Part shown: piece after piece, positions 59,084 through 64,000 of the stretch
How positions within the stretch are numbered: the first letter of the stretch is position 1
Layout of the letters: every line of letters starts with the position of its first letter
Source: Syntrophorhabdaceae bacterium
Lineage (GTDB): Bacteria > Desulfobacterota > Syntrophorhabdia > Syntrophorhabdales > Syntrophorhabdaceae
Assembly (NCBI GenBank): GCA_963665295.1
Contig: OY762209.1
Location: 5,152,001-5,216,000, forward strand
DNA: 64,000 nucleotides
Direction of reading: 5' to 3'
Position numbers and translations under genes: made by a program
Notes under the pieces: generated by a model
What the model saw: the letters and a program-made list of their open reading frames with translations, nothing else
Told to the model about the DNA's origin: nothing
Database searches by the model: none

Positions 59084-60793
59084 CTAGAATCTCTCGAATT
59101 CATCATCCAGGTTGTCATGACCGGCGCTGAGATCAAGGGCAACGCCCGTCTTCTTGCTGCCGATTCCGCTGCGCCGGGTCGGCAGCGTAGCGTGTTTGAT
59201 GGGTTTCAGGTGCGCAGCAACGGGTTTCGGCGCGGCTTGAGCCGCGGCGTGGTCGATCCTGCGGGCTTTGATGCCGGCCTCGTCCACCCTGAAGAAGGAG
59301 ATGGAGTCCTGAAGTTGCTCCGCCTGGCTCGCGAGTTCTTCTGAGGTGGAGGCAATCTCTTCTGTGGCTGAGGCGTTCTGTTGAATCACCTGATCGAGTT
59401 GCTGGATCGCCATGTTGATCTGCTCCGCCCCTGTATTCTGTTCGTTGCTTGCCGCGTTGATCTCACCCACCAGTTCCGCGGTCCTCCGGATGTCGGGGAC
59501 GATCTTCGCGAGCATCTCACCCGCTTTTTCCGCAACCTGTACGCTGCTTGCGGAAAGCTTGTTGATCTCACCGGCGGCTATCTGACTTCTCTCTGCAAGT
59601 CTTCTCACCTCCGTAGCGACTACGGCAAAACCTTTTCCGTGTTCGCCTGCGCGGGCCGCCTCGATTGCCGCATTGAGTGCAAGGAGGTTAGTCTGCCTGG
59701 CTATTTCTTCAATGATAGTGATCTTCCCTGCAATCTCCCTCATGGCCGCGACGGTCTCTGTTACGGCCTGGCCGCCTTCCTTTGCGTCCTCGGCGGACTT
59801 GAGGGCTATCTTCTCCGTTTCCTGGGCGTTATCTGCATTCTGCCTTATATTGGACACCATTTCTTCCATGGAGGATGAGACTTCTTCCGCCGAGGCCGCC
59901 TGTTCCGTTGCGCCCTGGGACATCTCCTCCGACGAGGCGCTCATTTGTTTGCCCCCTGACGCTACGTTATCGGCGGCAGCCTTGACGTCGGCGACTATTG
60001 CCTTCAGTTTGTTCGCCATGTTCATCATGGCGCTGAGGAGCTGACCCGCCTCGTCGGCGCTCTCCGCGTCCGCACGAGCGGTAAGGTCTCCTTCGGACAG
60101 GCTGTTGGCCAGGATTACCGCTTTCCCCAGGGTTCTGGTAATGATTCTGGTTACAAAAAAGGCGATACATAATATGAGGGCGGCCACGACAATGGCGGCA
60201 ACCAGTATCCTGGTGCGCAGGGCCGACACTTCGGCATTCACATCGTCCACATAGATGCCGGTGGCTATCGTCCAGTTCCAGGGAGCGAAGAACTTGGCAT
60301 AAGAAAGCTTGGGCGACGGTTTGGTCTCATTCGGTTTGGGAAACATATAATCCACAAACCCGTCACCTTTGGCCCTCGCGACCTCAACCATTTCTCTTAC
60401 GAAGAATTTGCCGTGAGAGTCCTTGAGGACCTCGTCCTTCATATCTTTGCCCACCAGTTCCTGTTTCAAGGCGTGCATGATTACCTTGCCGTTTCCATCG
60501 ATGATGAAAAAATACTCGTTCGTGTGGTAACGAACGCTTCTTACGGTTTCCAGCGCCCGCTTCTGTGCCTCTTCATCTTTGATGTCCCCCGCTCTCGCCT
60601 TCGCCTCCAGCGCCGCAATCGTACTGTAGGCCACGTCGGTGACATATTTCGTGGCGCTCTTCTTCTCCTCCATGAGTTTCCTCTCCATGAGGGGCAATAT
60701 ATAGAAGAGTATACCCGCCAGGACTATGGCGATAGTCAATACCGATATCCCCAGAATCTTTGTGGCTATTCTCCAGTCTTTGAACCTTTTCAT
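59084..60793 (-). CDS. Methyl-accepting chemotaxis protein (Cache, HAMP, signalling domain)
   Basis: Two TM helices, Cache motifs (YFFIID, GFVDY.FPKP, KLSY), [31 protein letters not shown]-terminal EFERF. Confidence 0.95.
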   Translation of the reverse strand: MKRFKDWRIATKILGISVLTIAIVLAGILFYILPLMERKLMEEKKSATKYVTDVAYSTIAALEAKARAGDIKDEEAQKRALETVRSVRYHTNEYFFIIDGNGKVIMHALKQELVGKDMKDEVLKDSHGKFFVREMVEVARAKGDGFVDYMFPKPNETKPSPKLSYAKFFAPWNWTIATGIYVDDVNAEVSALRTRILVAAIVVAALILCIAFFVTRIITRTLGKAVILANSLSEGDLTARADAESADEAGQLLSAMMNMANKLKAIVADVKAAADNVASGGKQMSASSEEMSQGATEQAASAEEVSSSMEEMVSNIRQNADNAQETEKIALKSAEDAKEGGQAVTETVAAMREIAGKITIIEEIARQTNLLALNAAIEAARAGEHGKGFAVVATEVRRLAERSQIAAGEINKLSASSVQVAEKAGEMLAKIVPDIRRTAELVGEINAASNEQNTGAEQINMAIQQLDQVIQQNASATEEIASTSEELASQAEQLQDSISFFRVDEAGIKARRIDHAAAQAAPKPVAAHLKPIKHATLPTRRSGIGSKKTGVALDLSAGHDNLDDEFERF

Positions 60794-60846
60794 AAGTTCC
60801 TCCTCATGCTCCGTGACGACATTTCTTCATCCATGCCTCTGAAAGG

Positions 60847-60873
60847 ATATCGGATTTGTGGACTTCAGGCTAA
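60847..60873 (-). promoter_or_regulatory. Possible sigma28 (FliA) promoter of the MCP gene
   Basis: TTAG-N15-TCCGATAT resembles TAAA-N15-GCCGATAA. Confidence 0.5.
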
Positions 60874-60917
60874 AGGTGACTTATTGGAGATATAATGGGT
60901 ATATTTTCTATCCTGTA

Positions 60918-63458
60918 TTATTTGAGCGAGCACAGGTAGGAGTGGAGATTGACCTTCTTCTTATTTAATCCCAGCTTGATCCTGATGCTCTTCCTGTGGG
61001 TTTCGACGGTCCCTGTTCCGATATTGAGCATTTCGGCAATCTCTTTGTTCGACCTGCCTGCCCTGATCAGGACGGCAACCTGAAGTTCCGTGGGGGTGAG
61101 TTGAGAGTGTATTGCAGACATCCTCTGCAAAAAGGGGGAAATGATGTCATTCAGATGGGACCTCACAATGTTGATGTACGCCTTCTGGCCCTCGCTCGGG
61201 CGGGTGCTTTCCAGCTTGTCGAGATAAGGGAACACCAACTCTCTTACATTGGCGATAATGGTGTCTTCGAGGGTCTGTTTGTCCCTGTCCTTATGCTGAA
61301 GCAATACCTTGAGCGCAGTATATGCCTCTTCGAGGTTGATCGATTTACTCTCCAGGTCCTGTTCTCTCTTCTTAAGGATCCGAAGGGTGTGGGTCCGTTC
61401 GGTGATGTCCTCGAGGGTCTCGATGGCGCCGATAATGCTCCCCTTTAAATCCCTGATCTGCGCGGCGGTAGAATGGAGCCATTTTTCTTCTTTGCCCGGG
61501 ATCCGGATAAGATCGGTGGCCTCATAGGCGCCCCTGACAACGCTTGACCGAACGGGCTTGCCGGGCCACCCCCGGGACGAGATATCCTCCGCTTTATCAT
61601 CCACCACGAGGTCCGCCAGGCATGGTCTCTCCCCGCGGTAAAAGACTTTCGAGTGACCGTCGGTGCCGATCATTTCTTCGCCGCTGACGCCGGTCAGATC
61701 TTCCAGAGCTTTGTTCCAATACATAACCCTGTGATTCCCGTCAATGACTAACTTGGGGACGGGAGAACCGTTAATTATTGCCTTCAGAATCTCCTCCCTT
61801 TCCTCGAGTGCCTCGGTGGCTTTCTTCTCGGCAGTGATGTCATTGCCTATGCAGAGAATGTCCGTCACCCGGCCCTGCTTGTCAAATACCGGCCTGTTTG
61901 TCCATGCAATCCACACCCGTTCGCCGTCACGCCGCATGTTCTCGTTGATGTTGGTGGGATAATGGTTGGGGTTCCGTCCGATATCCGCAATGAGTCTTTT
62001 CAGGTCAAGTCCCGACGAATCCTGTGGGGGCACTATGGTCCCTATCACACTCTTCCCCAGTATCTCTTCTTCCGTGTACCCGAAGAAGCTCTGGGCAAAT
62101 TCGTTGAAAAAGGTGACGACTCCCGCGCTGTCCATTCTCAATATGATGCTGTTCGCGTATTCCACCAGTTCCCGATATTTCTCCCTGCTTTCCCGGAGGG
62201 CTTCTTCTGTCCGTTTGCGGTCGGCGATGTCCACCACGATTGCCCTGTACCCCACCACGGAGTTCTGCCGGACAATGGGGTTGGAGTGCACCTCTGCCGG
62301 GAACGTGCTGCCGTCTTTTCTTTCCACTGTATATTCACTGCCCGTGAGCCTTTCCCCACGGAACAGCTTTTCGATATTTCCCGCCAGCTTCGCGCGGTCC
62401 TCCCGTATCACCATCTGGAACACGTTCAGACCTCTTTCGAAGTCTTCTTTCGTATATCGGGAGACCAGAAAACCATTCCGGTTCAGAAATGTGACATTGC
62501 CTTTTTCATCCAACTCCAGGACTATTTGCGGCAATGAATCGGCAAGTTCCCTGTATCGCCTTTCCGCATCCTGCAGTACTTCTTCTGCCTGCTTACGGAT
62601 GGTCATGTCGCGAAAGTACCAGATCCTTCCGTAGTAGGTGCCGTCGGACCCGAACATGGGCGATGAGTATCGGTCAAAAGTCCTGCCATCCGTGAGGGCA
62701 ATCTCATCCCGGCTCGTCTCACTTCGATGGGCATACAGATGGCTTACCCTCCGGACAAAGGTCTCAGGATCTTTCACCTTGGCGCACACGGACTGTAGAA
62801 CAGGCGCGTCTACCTGCCCTTCGAGTATTTCGGGAGCTATGCCCCACATGTCTCTGAAGCGCTTGTTGAACAGGAGGATTCTGTCGCTCTCATCGACAAT
62901 CAGGATGCCGTCGATGGAAACCTCCTGCTGGACCGAAAGAAGCGCGTTTGTGAACTTCAGTTCCCCCTCCAGTCTCTTGCGCTCCGTTATGTCGTCGATG
63001 CTTGCGACAAAATGGTCTATATCTCCGTCATCGTTTCTGACAGGGGACGCCGAAACCTTCACGGGCAAGAAAGACCCATCCTTTCTGATGAAGCTTTTAT
63101 CGAAAATGCTGCTTTCCTTCTTCCCGTCAAGAACGCTACGGAGCATTTCAAAGTCCGTCCGCAATTCGTCTCCTGGGGTCAAGCCCTGCCACGTCATACT
63201 TCTCAGTTCATCACGGCTATACTGAAGCATGGAACAAAGCCTGTCATTCGCTTCCACCCAATGTCCCTCCGCGTCGACTATGGCAATCCCCATGTGGGGC
63301 AAACCGAAGTATTTGCGAAATCGACCTTCGTCGCCACACCTTGAGGCCGGGGCCATCTCGCCATGTTTCGCCTGTAGCGTTTCGAGTTCCCCTACTCGCA
63401 GACGTAACCTTGCCAACTCATCCAGGAGTTGTTCCTTTGTCCTGTCTTTACCACCCAT
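60918..63458 (-). CDS. Multi-PAS (five) LuxR-type HTH transcriptional regulator
   Basis: Five PAS/PAC units; C-terminal LTPTELQVA...GRSNKEIA..LNI...TVETHRKSIR.KLG. Confidence 0.9.
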   Translation of the reverse strand: MGGKDRTKEQLLDELARLRLRVGELETLQAKHGEMAPASRCGDEGRFRKYFGLPHMGIAIVDAEGHWVEANDRLCSMLQYSRDELRSMTWQGLTPGDELRTDFEMLRSVLDGKKESSIFDKSFIRKDGSFLPVKVSASPVRNDDGDIDHFVASIDDITERKRLEGELKFTNALLSVQQEVSIDGILIVDESDRILLFNKRFRDMWGIAPEILEGQVDAPVLQSVCAKVKDPETFVRRVSHLYAHRSETSRDEIALTDGRTFDRYSSPMFGSDGTYYGRIWYFRDMTIRKQAEEVLQDAERRYRELADSLPQIVLELDEKGNVTFLNRNGFLVSRYTKEDFERGLNVFQMVIREDRAKLAGNIEKLFRGERLTGSEYTVERKDGSTFPAEVHSNPIVRQNSVVGYRAIVVDIADRKRTEEALRESREKYRELVEYANSIILRMDSAGVVTFFNEFAQSFFGYTEEEILGKSVIGTIVPPQDSSGLDLKRLIADIGRNPNHYPTNINENMRRDGERVWIAWTNRPVFDKQGRVTDILCIGNDITAEKKATEALEEREEILKAIINGSPVPKLVIDGNHRVMYWNKALEDLTGVSGEEMIGTDGHSKVFYRGERPCLADLVVDDKAEDISSRGWPGKPVRSSVVRGAYEATDLIRIPGKEEKWLHSTAAQIRDLKGSIIGAIETLEDITERTHTLRILKKREQDLESKSINLEEAYTALKVLLQHKDRDKQTLEDTIIANVRELVFPYLDKLESTRPSEGQKAYINIVRSHLNDIISPFLQRMSAIHSQLTPTELQVAVLIRAGRSNKEIAEMLNIGTGTVETHRKSIRIKLGLNKKKVNLHSYLCSLK

Positions 63459-64000
63459 GCCTTCTCTGTCCTCCGGAGATTATGGATTGTCCTCAATTTG
63501 ATGCATAACAATGCGCGGGTCGCCACAAGAAAACAGTTCACGCACAGGGACGCCGCTTCGCGTCCGGTTTTCGATATTCCTGGACCCTTCGCCATCACGA
63601 AACCATTCGAGGCCCCGACGCGGTAAGACTAACCGGTTGACCGGACAAAACCGGCGTATTACCCGTGATTTGCTCCTGCAATAGGCGGCACAGGGAGAGG
63701 GCAGAAGACAGACTGAAAGGAAAAGCACTGCAATTGAAGATGATTTCCAGGATAACGCGCCATGAATTCCCATAACGGTGACTCCCTGCCCCCTAGATGC
63801 TCAGCAATAGAGAAATGATTGTGCCCCACGTTGCGTCCACCAACTATGCACAGAGTTGCGAGCGCCATACACCCTTTACCGTCATTATCGCACAATCAGC
63901 CTGTGAGTTTAAGAAAACTTTTCGCCCGGCCCGTGGGTCTTTGTGGTTTCAAGGGTGTATAACCCCAATAGACCGCGAACCTATTGCTCAAGGTCCTCCT

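Noticed and set aside
63480..64000. Short ORFs and riboswitch-like fragments at the right edge
   Set aside because: No SD, motifs or coherent structure; treated as the upstream region of the PAS-LuxR gene.

Overview
GC-rich bacterial chromosomal window. Gene content (flavodiiron protein, hemerythrin, CCG Fe-S protein, a HesB selenoprotein, many PAS proteins) suggests an anaerobe, possibly Desulfobacterota/deltaproteobacterial; this is inference only. It holds about 55 CDSs, including ilvB, satP, panBCD, htpG, hrcA-grpE-dnaJ (no dnaK), two csp genes, two K+ transport proteins and a signalling block (MCP, hybrid kinase, GGDEF proteins, PAS-LuxR). One complete IS1380-family element has IRs and a 4-bp target duplication. 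No rRNA, tRNA or CRISPR was seen. The main candidate for an undescribed system is a divergent 13.5-kb cluster (9680-23127). It has an ArsS-like radical SAM, a fused TIGR04282/TIGR04283-type transferase, a cobalamin-binding radical SAM, two GT2s, a GT-C, a CCG Fe-S/DedA fusion, two exported rhodaneses and a putative outer-membrane barrel, but no arsM. Features the ORF track misses: a UGA-recoded HesB-like selenoprotein with a SECIS-like hairpin, a Val/Leu/Ile attenuator before ilvB, a pan RNA motif, a switch-like structured leader before satP, a leader structure shared by both csp genes, a 58-aa zinc-ribbon ORF, several apparently leaderless genes and an FNR-like palindrome. All family calls are from motif recognition by eye; no searches were run.
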